Notes: generated by a model from the letters alone, not told the origin. Shown: positions 22,701 through 33,479, counted from the first letter of the stretch. The stretch: 64,000 bases of DNA from an uncultured Methylomirabilota bacterium (GCA_963705305.1 OY970067.1:4096001-4160000), one strand, 5' to 3'. Translations and numbers: made by a program.

Positions 22701-23255
22701 ACGACATCCTCGACCTCGCGAAGGTGGAGGCGGGGAAGATCGCCCTCCAGCCCGAGCCCCTCCCGGTGGCCCAGACTCTGGAGGACCTCCTCGTCATCGC
22801 CCGGGGCCTGGCCAGCGAGAAGGGGCAGGTCCTCACGGCCGCCATTGCCCCCGACCTCCCCCCCCTCACGGCCGACCCCGTCCGGGTCAAGCAGATCCTG
22901 TTCAACCTCCTCTCGAACGCCGTGAAGTTCACCCCCGAGCAGGGCACCATGACGTTGACAGCGAAGCGGCATGACGGCGAGGTAACCCGGCACCCCAGCT
23001 CCCCGGCAGTTCCTCGAACTCGCCGTGACCGACACCGGGGTCGGCATCAAGGCGGGGGACCTCCCCAAGCTCTTCCACGAGTTCACCCAGCTCGAGACCA
23101 CCCGTACGCAGGCGCACGAGGGCACCGGCCTTGGCCTCGCCCTCACCAAGCGCCTGGTCGAGCTCCACGGCGGCCGGATCTGGGCCGCCTCCCCGGGCGA
23201 GGGCCAGGGGAGCACCTTCACGGTGGTCCTGCCCCTGGGAGGGTTTCCCGCATGA
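19754..23255 (+). pseudogene. CHASE-3xGAF histidine kinase, frameshifted in the HATPase domain
   Basis: CHASE between TM helices, three GAFs (AIENARL), SHELRTPL and NAVKFT. The G boxes (VTDTGVG, GTGLGL) lie in another frame (23025-23255). Confidence 0.8.
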
Positions 23256-26200
23256 GCCGCCAGCGCAACCGGGACGACCGCCTTGCTGCCTTCTTGCAGG
23301 CCAGCCAGGCCATGGCGTCGTCTCTGGACCTGGATCAAGTCCTGCGGACGGTCGTCGAGGCCGCCGCCGCCATTTCGGGTGCCCCCTTCGTCCGTCTATT
23401 TCTCCTGGAGGGCGCCCCCCCGATGCTGCACTGGCGGGTGGGAGTGGGCCTCTCTCCGGAGGGGGAGCCCAACCGCCCGATCCGGATCGGCGAGAGCTTC
23501 TCGGGGCAGGTGGCGGTCACCGGGCAGCCCCTGGCCGTGGCCGATTGCCGGGAGGACCCCCGCCTCCGGTTCCCCGAGCACATCCAGCGATACAGCCTCA
23601 TCTCGTACCTGGGCCTGCCGGTGAAGACGGGCGACCGCCTTCTGGGTGTCCTCTGCTTCAATACGAATGCTCCCCATGTATACACGGAGGAGGAGATCTC
23701 CTTCCTAAACGCCTTCGCGCAGCAGGCTGCCATCGCCATCGAGAACGCCCGGCTGCACGAGGCAACCGAGAGGGAGCTGGCCGAGCGGATCCGGGTCGAG
23801 GAAGATCTCCGGCAGAGCGAGCAGACGAGACGCCTGGCCCAGGAAAATGCGACCATGGCGGAGCTGGGTCGCATCATTAGCTCCACCCTGAATATCGAGG
23901 AGGTTTACAAGAGCTTTGCTGCCGAAGTTCGGAAAATCCTCCCCTTTGACCGCATTCTCATCAACCACATCGAGCCCGACAAGGGTCTCGTCCGGAATCT
24001 GTTCATTGCGGGGGAGACTATCCCGGGCCGGACGGCATCCGACTCCTACCCCCTGGAGGGATCCGGCATTGCCGAAATGGTCCGCACCCGCGCCAGCCTG
24101 CTCATCCAGACGGATGACTTCCGAGAATATGCGGACAGATTTTCGGGCCTCGTCTCGACGTTTAAAGCGGGCTTCCGGTCGATCCTGAACGTGCCCCTCT
24201 TTGCCCAAGCCCAGGTCATCGGGGGGTTGCTCCTGCGGTCGCGCCAGGCCAATGCATACACCGACCGGGATATCCGACTGGCCGAGCGCATCGCCGACCA
24301 GATCGCTGGGACTGTGGCCAACGCCCAGCTCTACGCGGAGAACGTCCGCCTCTACGAAATGGCTCAGCAGGAGATCGTGGAGCGCCGGCAGGCCGAGGAG
24401 ACCCTCACACTTCGCACGCGCCATCTTGAGGCTGTCCGGAGCATCAGTGAGGAGATCGCGCGGGAGTTGGACCTCTCGAGGGTGCTCGACTTGGTTGTTC
24501 AACGGGCCGTCGCCCTCGTGGGGGCGAAATCCGGCAGCATCCGACTCTGGGACAACCAGCGGCAACTGCTCATGCGCGTGGCTTGGACGGGCAGCGCCCA
24601 GCACGCGCCGACAGTGCCCTTGGGGCTCGGCGAAGGTGTGCCAGGGGCCGCCGCACAGCAGCGCCGCGGGCTCATCGTCAATGACTTCCGCACCTCCGCG
24701 TATGCCATCCCGGCCGTCCTCCAGGGGACCATGCACACCGCCGTGGTTGCCACTCCCTTGCTGTTCGGGGATCGGCTCGTGGGTGCGCTGGCGATCACCC
24801 GGGATGCGTCTGATCCACCCTTCGCGGACGCGGACCTCGAAATTCTTAACCTCCTCGCCCCCCACGCCGCCATTGCCATCGAGAACGCCCGGTTGCACGG
24901 GCAAGCGCTCCGGCGGAGCGATGAGACGATTGCGCTGCTTCGGACCACGCACGCGGTCATGAGCGGGCTGGATCTCAACGTCAGTCTCCAGCGGATCCTC
25001 GAGGAGGCGGGGCCCATGGCCGGGACGCCGCACGTCAAGATCCTGCTGGTGGACGAGAATGCGGGGGTCCTCCGGCTTGCCGCCACGTCGGGAGTGCCGA
25101 TGCCCGCCGAATTTCAGGTGGCGATAGGGACCAGTTTTTCCGGCACTGTAGCGGCCACCGGGAGGCCCTTGTTCGTCGCGGATACGCAGACCGACCCCCG
25201 GAACCTGTTCCGGGATCGCGATCGGGAGGAAGGAGTCCGTACCTATCTCGGCTTGCCCATCCGGAGAAGGAGCAAGGTCCTCGGGGTCTTGATTTTCAAC
25301 ACGGCGCAGTCCCGATCTTACAGCGAAGAGGAGATCGGGTACCTGGAGGCGTTCGCCGACCAGGCCGCCATCGCCATCGAGAATGCCCGCCTCTACGAGG
25401 AAGTGCAGCGGCACGCCGGCGAGCTGGAGACCCGGGTGAAGGAGCGCACCTCCGAGCTGGAGGAGGCCCTCCGGGTGAAGGCGGAGTTCCTGGCCCGGAT
25501 GTCCCACGAACTGCGGACGCCGCTCAATTTTGTCCTCGGCTTCGCCAACCTGCTCAAAGAGCAGACCGCCGGGCCTCTCACGGACAAGCAGATGCGATTC
25601 GTGGACCGGATCGAGTTCGGCGGGCGGCACCTGTTGGCGCTGGTCAGCGACCTCCTGGAGTTGTCCCAGGTCGAAATGGGCCAGGAGGAGCTGCGGCTGG
25701 AGCAGTTCCTGCTGGTCCCGCTCCTTGAAGAGGTCGTGGAGATCCACGCGGTGCCGGCGGGCCAGAAGCGGCACGTGATCGAGGTCGAGTGCCCGCCGGC
25801 GCTCTCCGTCGTCGCAGAGCGCCGCCGGCTCCTGCAGATTCTCAGCAACCTCGTGAGCAATGCCGTGAAGTTCACCCCGGAGGGCGGGCGGATCACGGTG
25901 ACGGCCCGCCAGGTGGCGGAAGACCGGAGACCGGAGACCGGCGTCCCCCCCGGGCCCCCGGCCCCCGTCCCCTGGGTGGAGCTCGCCGTCACCGACACCG
26001 GCATCGGGCTGGCGCCGGAGGACGTGGAGCGGATCTTCGTGGGCTTCGAGCAGGTAGACGGGTCCTCGACCCGGCGGTACGAGGGCGCGGGCATCGGGCT
26101 GGCGCTCGTCCGGACCCTGGTCAACCTCCACGGCGGCCAGGTGTGGGCGGAGAGCGCGGGCCTCGGGCAGGGGTCCCGGTTCGTCGTCCGGCTGCCTGTC

Positions 26201-26671
26201 CTGGCAGTGCCGTCTGCCAGGCGCGTCCTGGTGGTGGAGGATGAGGCACCGGTCGCGCGGCTCCTCGCGATCTTCCTCCGCGACGCCGGGTATGCGGTGG
26301 AGGTGGCGGGAACGGGGGGCGAGGCGGTCGCGCGGCTGCACGTGCAGCCCCCGGACCTCATCGTCCTGGATCTCGCCCTCCCGGACATGGACGGCTGGGA
26401 GGTCCTGAGAACCGTGCGGGCGCGCGCGCGGACCCGGGCTCTCCCGGTGGTGGTCCTCACGGGGCTCGGGCCGGAGCAGGCCGCGCAGGCGGCTGCCCGG
26501 GGCGCCGACGAGTTCCTGACCAAGCCGGTCTCGCCGACCGTCCTGACCGGGGTGGTGAAGACGCTGGTGGCCCGGGCCAGGGAGGCCGCGCACGTGCCGC
26601 CGCTCGCGGGGACGGGGGGCTGGCAGGCGATGGCGGAGGAGACGGGAGGGGCGGGGGGGGGGAGGACGTGA
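23252..26671 (+). CDS. 4xGAF hybrid histidine kinase (HisKA-HATPase-REC)
   Basis: ATGA overlap with the upstream gene; SHELRTPL, NAVKFT, DTGIG, GAGIGL and a C-terminal REC. Confidence 0.85.
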   Translation: MSRQRNRDDRLAAFLQASQAMASSLDLDQVLRTVVEAAAAISGAPFVRLFLLEGAPPMLHWRVGVGLSPEGEPNRPIRIGESFSGQVAVTGQPLAVADCREDPRLRFPEHIQRYSLISYLGLPVKTGDRLLGVLCFNTNAPHVYTEEEISFLNAFAQQAAIAIENARLHEATERELAERIRVEEDLRQSEQTRRLAQENATMAELGRIISSTLNIEEVYKSFAAEVRKILPFDRILINHIEPDKGLVRNLFIAGETIPGRTASDSYPLEGSGIAEMVRTRASLLIQTDDFREYADRFSGLVSTFKAGFRSILNVPLFAQAQVIGGLLLRSRQANAYTDRDIRLAERIADQIAGTVANAQLYAENVRLYEMAQQEIVERRQAEETLTLRTRHLEAVRSISEEIARELDLSRVLDLVVQRAVALVGAKSGSIRLWDNQRQLLMRVAWTGSAQHAPTVPLGLGEGVPGAAAQQRRGLIVNDFRTSAYAIPAVLQGTMHTAVVATPLLFGDRLVGALAITRDASDPPFADADLEILNLLAPHAAIAIENARLHGQALRRSDETIALLRTTHAVMSGLDLNVSLQRILEEAGPMAGTPHVKILLVDENAGVLRLAATSGVPMPAEFQVAIGTSFSGTVAATGRPLFVADTQTDPRNLFRDRDREEGVRTYLGLPIRRRSKVLGVLIFNTAQSRSYSEEEIGYLEAFADQAAIAIENARLYEEVQRHAGELETRVKERTSELEEALRVKAEFLARMSHELRTPLNFVLGFANLLKEQTAGPLTDKQMRFVDRIEFGGRHLLALVSDLLELSQVEMGQEELRLEQFLLVPLLEEVVEIHAVPAGQKRHVIEVECPPALSVVAERRRLLQILSNLVSNAVKFTPEGGRITVTARQVAEDRRPETGVPPGPPAPVPWVELAVTDTGIGLAPEDVERIFVGFEQVDGSSTRRYEGAGIGLALVRTLVNLHGGQVWAESAGLGQGSRFVVRLPVLAVPSARRVLVVEDEAPVARLLAIFLRDAGYAVEVAGTGGEAVARLHVQPPDLIVLDLALPDMDGWEVLRTVRARARTRALPVVVLTGLGPEQAAQAAARGADEFLTKPVSPTVLTGVVKTLVARAREAAHVPPLAGTGGWQAMAEETGGAGGGRT

Positions 26672-27090
26672 CGCCGCCTGAGGGCAAAACATCCCCTGGC
26701 GTCCAGCCCAGCCGGATCGTGGTCGTCGAGGACAATCCGGTGAACCGGGAGTTCATGCTGGCCTTGCTCGAGGGGGAGGGGTACGAGGTCCTCACGGCGC
26801 AGACGGCGGAGGCCGGGGTGGCCCTGGCCCGGCACGAGCGACCCGCCATCATCCTGATGGACATCCAGCTGCCGGGCACAAGCGGGTACGAGGCGACCCG
26901 GCAGCTCAAGGCGGACCCAGCCACGGCCGCCATCCCCATCGTAGCGGTGACTGCCCTGGCCATGCGAGGGGAGGAGGCCAAGGCCCGGGCGGCCGGCTGC
27001 GACGCCTTCGTGACCAAGCCCGTGAACACCCAAACCCTTCGCGCCACGCTGCGGCGGCTCCTGGCACATCCGGGCGGCGTCCACGAATGA
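26668..27090 (+). CDS. Single-domain response regulator (DivK-like)
   Basis: VVEDN, LMDIQLP, VTA and KP motifs. Confidence 0.9.
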   Translation: MTPPEGKTSPGVQPSRIVVVEDNPVNREFMLALLEGEGYEVLTAQTAEAGVALARHERPAIILMDIQLPGTSGYEATRQLKADPATAAIPIVAVTALAMRGEEAKARAAGCDAFVTKPVNTQTLRATLRRLLAHPGGVHE

Positions 27091-27153
27091 GACAGGTGGC
27101 GCACTGCCTGCGAGGGCCGGCAGGCCGGTCCCACACCACAGAGGAGGCTCCTG

Positions 27154-28083
27154 ATGGCGCACCGCATTCTGGTCGTGGATGACGAGCCCGTGAACCGGGA
27201 ATTGGAAGAGGCTGTCCTTGCGTCGGCAGGTTACGAGGTCAGGCTCGCCCCGGATGGCCCGGCTGCCCTGGCGCTGGCACAGGCGGATTCGCCGGACCTC
27301 GTCCTGCTCGACCTCCTCATGCCGGGGATGCACGGCCAAGAGGTCTGCGAAAAGCTGAAGGCGGACCCACGAACCGCTGACATCCCGGTGATCGTCGTGA
27401 CAGCCGTTGCCCGGGCTGCGACCAAGGAGGCCCTGCTGACGAGCGGGGCCGACGATTTCGTCACCAAGCCGTTCCGGCCCGGGGATCTCCTCGGCCGGGT
27501 CGAGGCCATGCTGAAGGTCCGCAGCATCCGCCGGGAGCTCGACCGCACCCTGGCCTACCTGCACGAGCTCGAGGCGGTTCGCCATACCCATCGGCGGGCG
27601 GTCCTGAGCGAGGCCGGGGGTGCCCAGACCCTGACGGCTCCGGCGGCCATTCCCGTGCTCCTCGTGGACGATGAAGCTCTCACCCGGGACTTCTACGGGG
27701 ACCTCCTGACCTCCCACGGTTTCCAGGTCTTCCTCGCCGCATCCGGCCCGGAGGGGCTGGCCCTGGCCCACCAGCACCGGGTCGAAGCGGTGATCCTGGA
27801 CATCATGATGCCCGAGATGTCCGGCCTCGAGGTCCTGGAGCGGCTCCGCAGGGAGCAGCCCGATCTCCCCGTCATCATGCTGACCGCCGCCCCCACCTCC
27901 CTGAACGCCATCGCCGCCCTCAAACTGGGGGCGTTCGATTTCATCGTGAAGGGGCTGGATCACAGCCTGGTGGTCCTGGCGGCCCATCGGGCGATCCGGC
28001 ACCGCCAGGAGGGTCTGCAACAGAAAAACGAGATCGCGCGCCTGCGCGCCCGCGTGGCGGAACTCGAGGCCCGGCGGGGCTAA
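27154..28083 (+). CDS. Tandem REC-REC response regulator with coiled-coil tail
   Basis: Two complete receiver motif sets (VDD...LD..MP...T...K). Confidence 0.9.
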   Translation: MAHRILVVDDEPVNRELEEAVLASAGYEVRLAPDGPAALALAQADSPDLVLLDLLMPGMHGQEVCEKLKADPRTADIPVIVVTAVARAATKEALLTSGADDFVTKPFRPGDLLGRVEAMLKVRSIRRELDRTLAYLHELEAVRHTHRRAVLSEAGGAQTLTAPAAIPVLLVDDEALTRDFYGDLLTSHGFQVFLAASGPEGLALAHQHRVEAVILDIMMPEMSGLEVLERLRREQPDLPVIMLTAAPTSLNAIAALKLGAFDFIVKGLDHSLVVLAAHRAIRHRQEGLQQKNEIARLRARVAELEARRG

Positions 28084-28107
28084 GTCCCTCGCAGAGAGAG
28101 GTCCCTC

Positions 28108-28353
28108 ATGGCGAACGCATCCTGCTCGATGTGCAGATGCCGGGAATGGACGGGTACGTGGTCTGCCGAACGCTGCGCCGGTCGCCCCGCACCCGGCGGG
28201 TTCCGGTGGTCATGCTCACCGCCACGGATGATGTAGCGCTGAACCGCAAGGCCTATGCGGCCGGCGCCGACGCCTGCACATCCCCAAGCCATTTCGGGGA
28301 GAGGCCCTCCTTGCCGTCTTGGATACCGCCCTGGGGCGGCGACCCAGCCATTG
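28108..28353 (+). pseudogene. Receiver-domain fragment
   Basis: ILLDVQMPGMDG...VVMLTA...GADAC, then KPF in a shifted frame; no N-terminus. Confidence 0.65.
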
Positions 28354-28854
28354 AGCGGACCCAGCCGGGGTCCCTTCGCAGGGCCGCGGGCGAGCGGCCT
28401 CCAGATCTCTCGGAACATCCAATCTTGTGAGGCGGGATCTGTTTCACTCTCTGCGGTGGTCGGAGCCTTCGGTACTGCCCTCTCGAGGATCATTGGGAGC
28501 GCTCTTTGCCTGCCTCAGAAGTTTCCGAGAAACCCCTTCCACCTGGCTCTGGTACCAGCCCCCAGAGTGTCTGTTTAACAATAGATCATATTCAATTATG
28601 TGTATTGGTTATCAAATAGTTATAGAATATAGATAAACTACAGTATGATGTCTTATTCACGTGGAGCTTGGACAAGCCAGCGATCGAGAGTAAAGTCAAG
28701 GAGCCCAAATCCCGGGGCGACTATACAGCAAGGTGAGCGGCGAAGCGCCGGCTCCCGGGGCGGCGCGTCAGGTCCAGCGCGGCGGAGGGCGGGGCGCCCG
28801 CGATGCGGCCGAGTGCCTGGACGGAGACACTTGCACCCGGCGAGGAGCCGAAGA

Positions 28855-29637
28855 ATGGATTACCAGAGCCTAGCAAAGAGGTTCTCGCTGGAAGGACAGA
28901 CAGCGGTCGTGACCGGCAGTGCCAGAGGCATTGGAAAGGGATTGGCCATGGCGCTGGCGAGCGCCGGGGCGAATATCGTCGTGGTTGATCTCTTGGAGGA
29001 GGACGCGAAGAAGACGGCTGCGCTTCTCGGAGCGACGGCGGGGGTCAAGGCCTACCCCTATATCGCCGATTTGAGTCGGTCCCACCTGATCAAGAAGTAT
29101 GTCAGCGACATCCTGGGGGAGTGCGGGAAGATCGACATCTTGATAAACAACGCCGGGATCCAGGTGCGGAAGCCGGCCCTGGAGGTCAGCCTGGAAGAAT
29201 GGACCAGCGTCCTCACCATCCACCTCACCGCATCGTTCGCAATGGCGCAGGCGGTTGTCCCGGGAATGGAGAAACAGGGAGGGGGAAAGATCATCAACAT
29301 TGCCTCCATCAACGGGGTCATCGCCGTTCCGAACACGATGGCGTACACGGCTGCCAAGAGCGGCCTGGCTGGCCTCACCCGCGCCATGGCGGTGGAGTGG
29401 TCGCCGTTCAAGGTGCGGACCAATGCGATCGGCCCGGGATACTGCCGGACAGAGCTCACGGAGAGGCTATTCCAGGATCCCCGGAAGAGCGAATGGGTCC
29501 TGAGCCGGATCCCAGCCGGGCGGTTGGCCGAGCCCGAGCACGACCTCGGGTACGTTGCCGTGTTTCTGGCTTCCGATGCGTCGGCTTACATCAATGGGCA
29601 GGTGATCTACGTTGACGGGGGATGGCTCGCGGCCTAG
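28855..29637 (+). CDS. SDR oxidoreductase (gluconate 5-dehydrogenase/KduD-like)
   Basis: TGSARGIG, NNAG and YTAAK motifs. Confidence 0.9.
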   Translation: MDYQSLAKRFSLEGQTAVVTGSARGIGKGLAMALASAGANIVVVDLLEEDAKKTAALLGATAGVKAYPYIADLSRSHLIKKYVSDILGECGKIDILINNAGIQVRKPALEVSLEEWTSVLTIHLTASFAMAQAVVPGMEKQGGGKIINIASINGVIAVPNTMAYTAAKSGLAGLTRAMAVEWSPFKVRTNAIGPGYCRTELTERLFQDPRKSEWVLSRIPAGRLAEPEHDLGYVAVFLASDASAYINGQVIYVDGGWLAA

Positions 29638-29705
29638 ATTGTCGGGCGGACGAGACCCCGGTTCGGGTATCGGAGCTTTGGGCGATCTGTTCGGGAGAGG
29701 AAGCA

Positions 29706-29936
29706 TGGCAAGCGCATCGACCGTCGAGGGAAAGATCGATCGCTATCGCCGGTTCTGGGATCGCGCCCCGGTGGAACGCCCGCTAATCGGATTCTCCGTC
29801 GGCGGATGGTTTCCGCTGTGGAATCGCTCCGCTGCATTCAGATCAATAAAGATGTGGGGAACGCCGCGATTGCGGAGATGATGCCGTACTTTCGGATGGT
29901 TCAGGCGAGCGGGCGGAGTCTCCTTGATTGCTTGAA
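29706..29936 (+). pseudogene. Internally deleted gene remnant
   Basis: An N-terminal piece (KIDRYRRFWDRAPVERPLIG) abuts a C-terminal-like piece (IQINKD...VQASGRSLL) in another frame. Confidence 0.35.
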
Positions 29937-30078
29937 TCATGTTGAACTCGGCAGATGGCGACGCGCCGCTCTCCCGTCTTCGCGTGCCCGGCTGGCGCTT
30001 CCGGCGGTTCTGGGATAGTCTGATAGGCGAACACTGACGCCGTGCGCTTTCACTTCTCACCCTGCGGAGGAAGGTTCA

Positions 30079-31122
30079 ATGAAATATCGGTTCCTCGGAT
30101 CGTCCGGTCTGCTGGTTTCGCGCATCGCCCTCGGCACGCTCAACTTCGGGGCCCCGCAGTGGGGGTGCGAGTCGGCCGAGTCCTCGGCGATCCTGCGCTC
30201 ATTCGTCGAGGGGGGCGGCAACTTCATCGACACGGCCAACGTCTATGCGGGCGGGGCGGCTGAAGAGATCGTCGGGCGCTTTCTGCGCGAGGTGCCGCGC
30301 GAGCAGATCGTCCTGGCCTCCAAGGCCTCGATGCCGGTGGGAAGTCAGCCCAACCTCTTCGGCGCCTCGCGTAAGCACATCCTCGCCGCCTGCGAGGCCA
30401 GCCTGCGGCGCCTCCAGACCGACTACATCGACCTCTACTACCTTCACGGGCCCGACCCGGTGACGCCCCTGGAGGAAACCCTGCGGGCCTACGACGACCT
30501 CGTCCGGCAGGGTAAGGTGCGCTACATCGGCGTGAGCAATCTGTTCGGCTGGCAGATCGCCACGGCGACGGGGATCGCCCTCCGGTTCAGCCTCGCGCCC
30601 CTGGTGGCAGGGCAGTATATCTACAGCCCCATTCATCGAGAGCTGGAGCAGGAGGTAATCCCGGCTGCCGTGGCCGGCGGGATCAGTCTCACCTGCTACG
30701 GTGTCCTCGGCGCCGGACTCCTGGCCGGGAAGTACAAGGGAATGGCCGAGCCGGCCAAGGGATCGCGGATGCAGCTTCGGATGCAGATGGACGGGGGCCG
30801 TTTCTGGCACCCACGGGGTCACCAGGCCGCGCAGGCCATCCAGGCCGTCTCCGAGCGGACGGGAGTCCCCATGGCTCGCCTCGCCATCGCTTGGCCCCTG
30901 GGCCGGAAGTTTGTGAGTGCGGTGGTCCTGGGAATCAGCACGCGCGGACAGATGCTGGAGAACCTGGCGGCAGGGGACTGGGACATGCCGCGGGAGGACT
31001 GGAAGGCCATCGAGGCCGCCACCCGGCCGGCCGAGGACAATCTCACCTGGTTCAACCGGCAGAACTACCAGCGGGTCCTCGACGCCGCCGAGTTTCACGA
31101 CGAGCGCATCGAGCTGCTGTAA
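30079..31122 (+). CDS. Aldo/keto reductase
   Basis: IDTANVY, SLRRLQTDYIDLY and GKVRYIGVSN motifs. Confidence 0.95.
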   Translation: MKYRFLGSSGLLVSRIALGTLNFGAPQWGCESAESSAILRSFVEGGGNFIDTANVYAGGAAEEIVGRFLREVPREQIVLASKASMPVGSQPNLFGASRKHILAACEASLRRLQTDYIDLYYLHGPDPVTPLEETLRAYDDLVRQGKVRYIGVSNLFGWQIATATGIALRFSLAPLVAGQYIYSPIHRELEQEVIPAAVAGGISLTCYGVLGAGLLAGKYKGMAEPAKGSRMQLRMQMDGGRFWHPRGHQAAQAIQAVSERTGVPMARLAIAWPLGRKFVSAVVLGISTRGQMLENLAAGDWDMPREDWKAIEAATRPAEDNLTWFNRQNYQRVLDAAEFHDERIELL

Positions 31123-31326
31123 GCGGGGCGGCTGGCGGGCAGCCATTCTTCCTGGAATCTCCGCTCGGCTCGCGGATCTGCTTCCCGCACACGGCCTCCC
31201 TCTTTTGTGCGAGCCCCCGTCAAATCCGGAGCTACCTGTAAGACGGGGGCTCGCTCGTTTGGCCTACTGCTTGCCCAAGAGCGACCGAGTCCCGCCCCCA
31301 GTGCGGAATGGCCTCTGATCAGTGCC

Positions 31327-32748
31327 TCACGCAATCTCCTCCAGCGATCGGCCCCGTCCCTCGATGCCCCACACGACCTCCATCAGCGCGCCGGCCAGCA
31401 GCACGAGGCCAGTGACGAGGAAAGCCAAGGTCAGGCCTGACCGCAGCATGGCCGTCAGGGCCACCGGGCCGATCATGGCGCCGATTCGACCGAACGCCAC
31501 GGCCGATCCGATGCCCGAGGCCCGGACCGTGGTTGGGAAGATCTCGGTTGTGGTGATGTACACCACACCGGCCGCCGCAAACGCAAAGAAGTACATCACC
31601 GCAATCATGGTGACAAAGAGGCCGCGGGTCAGCAGATGCTCGCTGGCGACCACGCCGACGAGGATCGCGATCAGGCCGGCCAGCCCGTAGGAGGCGATGA
31701 CCGCCTGGCGCCGGCCCCACGCATCGGCGAGCCAGCTCATTACAACCACCCCGATCGTCCCGAGGCCGGTCAGGAACATCAGGGCCAGCGGGACCATTTT
31801 GGGCTCGTAGCTATACGTCCTGACCAGAATGATTGGGATCAGTGAGAAGGCGGCGTAGTAGGGGAAAGCCTGGCTGAAGTTGAGGACCCAGGCCAGGGCG
31901 ACCTGGTGGGGATAGTGCCGGATGAGCCCGACGTAATGGCTGAAGAACGAGGTGCGGGGGGCGGCGACGACGGTCACCGGCGCCGCGACGCGGGGCAGGG
32001 TGGTCAACCCGTGCTGGGAGCGTGCCGCCGCTTCGAAATCGCGCGTGATAGCCTCCGCCTCTTCCCCGCGGCCCTGCGACAAGAGCCAGCGCGGCGATTC
32101 CGGGAGATGGCGCCGCACGATGGCGACAAAGACCGCGATCAGGGCGCCCAGCAGGAAGGCCACGCGCCAGCCGATCTCCGGCGGCAGCATCGTCAGCGCA
32201 AAGAGCGTGGTGACCGAGGCCAGGACGGTGCCGAGATCCCAGGTTGCCGGCATCAGCCCGGACATGAAACCGCGGCGTTTCGACGGGATGAATTCCTGCA
32301 CCGCCGAGTTCACCGCCCCGTACTCGCCGCCGACCCCGAACCCGGTCACAAGCCGAAACAGGGCCAGCGAGCCGTAGTTCCAGGCGAAGGCGCTGGCCAC
32401 GGTGAAGATGGAATAGATCAGCAGCGTCAGGACGAACAGGCGCTTGCGTCCCAGCGTGTCCGCCATGTAGCCGAAGACGTAGGCGCCGCCGAACATCCCC
32501 ACCAGGAAGATTGACAGCAACGACGAGGCCTGCACCGCGCTCATGTGCCAGAGCCGTACAAGCGTGCCGAGCACCGATCCATACACGGATACCTCGAATC
32601 CGTCGAGTACGAAGGCGATGCCTAAAATAAGCACGATGCGGAGGTGGATGCGCGACCAGGGCAGACGGTCCAGCCGCGCGGGAATGTCCGACCGGGTGCT
32701 CTGGCTGCCTGCTGCGCCGGCGCTGCTGGGAACCTGGGATGCCGTCAT
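31327..32748 (-). CDS. MFS transporter
   Basis: ADTLGRKR, LPESPRWL and EIFPT motifs; ~12 TM helices. Confidence 0.93.
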   Translation of the reverse strand: MTASQVPSSAGAAGSQSTRSDIPARLDRLPWSRIHLRIVLILGIAFVLDGFEVSVYGSVLGTLVRLWHMSAVQASSLLSIFLVGMFGGAYVFGYMADTLGRKRLFVLTLLIYSIFTVASAFAWNYGSLALFRLVTGFGVGGEYGAVNSAVQEFIPSKRRGFMSGLMPATWDLGTVLASVTTLFALTMLPPEIGWRVAFLLGALIAVFVAIVRRHLPESPRWLLSQGRGEEAEAITRDFEAAARSQHGLTTLPRVAAPVTVVAAPRTSFFSHYVGLIRHYPHQVALAWVLNFSQAFPYYAAFSLIPIILVRTYSYEPKMVPLALMFLTGLGTIGVVVMSWLADAWGRRQAVIASYGLAGLIAILVGVVASEHLLTRGLFVTMIAVMYFFAFAAAGVVYITTTEIFPTTVRASGIGSAVAFGRIGAMIGPVALTAMLRSGLTLAFLVTGLVLLAGALMEVVWGIEGRGRSLEEIA

Positions 32749-32758
32749 GGCGGTCTCC

Positions 32759-33463
32759 TTAGGCCTCGGCCGACGCCCGTGCGGCCGCGGCAAACTGCTC
32801 GAGGATGGCGAGCCCGCTGCTGGTGCCGATGCGGGTCGCACCCTCCTTCAGAATGGCGGCGACAAGCGGCCACGAGGAGACGCCGCCGGCCGCCTTGATG
32901 CCCGTGTGAGGTTGGAGCACGGAACGTAACAGCCGCACGTCGTCCGCCGATGTCCCCCGGAGGTTGAGGCCTTTGAACCCGGTCGAGGTCTTGACAATAT
33001 GGGCACCGCCGCGCTCCGCCGCGACCGCCGCCGCGACCGCCTGCTCGCCGGTCAGCAGCGGCATTTCGATGATGGTCTTCAGCAGGACGTTGTCCGGCAG
33101 CACCGCCCGGACGGTGCTCACCTCGCGCGCTACGGCATCGGCATCGCCCATACGGGCGGCGGCGATGTCGATCACCATGTCGATCTCGTCGGCGCCACGC
33201 TCGATGGCGTCACGCGCCTCGGCGCGCTTGACAGCGGAGACATCCGCCCCCAACGGGAAACTGATCACCGTTGCCACCTTGGTGCGGCTGCCTGTGGTGA
33301 TCCGGCGCGCAACGGCGACCATATTTGGCAGGATGCAGACGCAGCCGAACCGGCGCTCGACGGCGGTGGCGACAAAGTCCTCGAGGTCGCCCCGCTTCAC
33401 GCCTAGCCCGAGCTGGGTCTGGTCGATTAGGGCTGCGAGCTCATCGATGGCCTTGGGAAACAT
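32759..33463 (-). CDS. deoC: Deoxyribose-phosphate aldolase
   Basis: FPLGA, GADEIDMV, KTSTGF, KAAGG and RIGTSSG motifs. Confidence 0.9.
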   Translation of the reverse strand: MFPKAIDELAALIDQTQLGLGVKRGDLEDFVATAVERRFGCVCILPNMVAVARRITTGSRTKVATVISFPLGADVSAVKRAEARDAIERGADEIDMVIDIAAARMGDADAVAREVSTVRAVLPDNVLLKTIIEMPLLTGEQAVAAAVAAERGGAHIVKTSTGFKGLNLRGTSADDVRLLRSVLQPHTGIKAAGGVSSWPLVAAILKEGATRIGTSSGLAILEQFAAAARASAEA

Positions 33464-33479
33464 AGTATTCCTCCCACGC

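Noticed and set aside
19754..26671. A single 2305-aa kinase
   Set aside because: An out-of-frame HATPase tail and an internal ATGA start show two genes.
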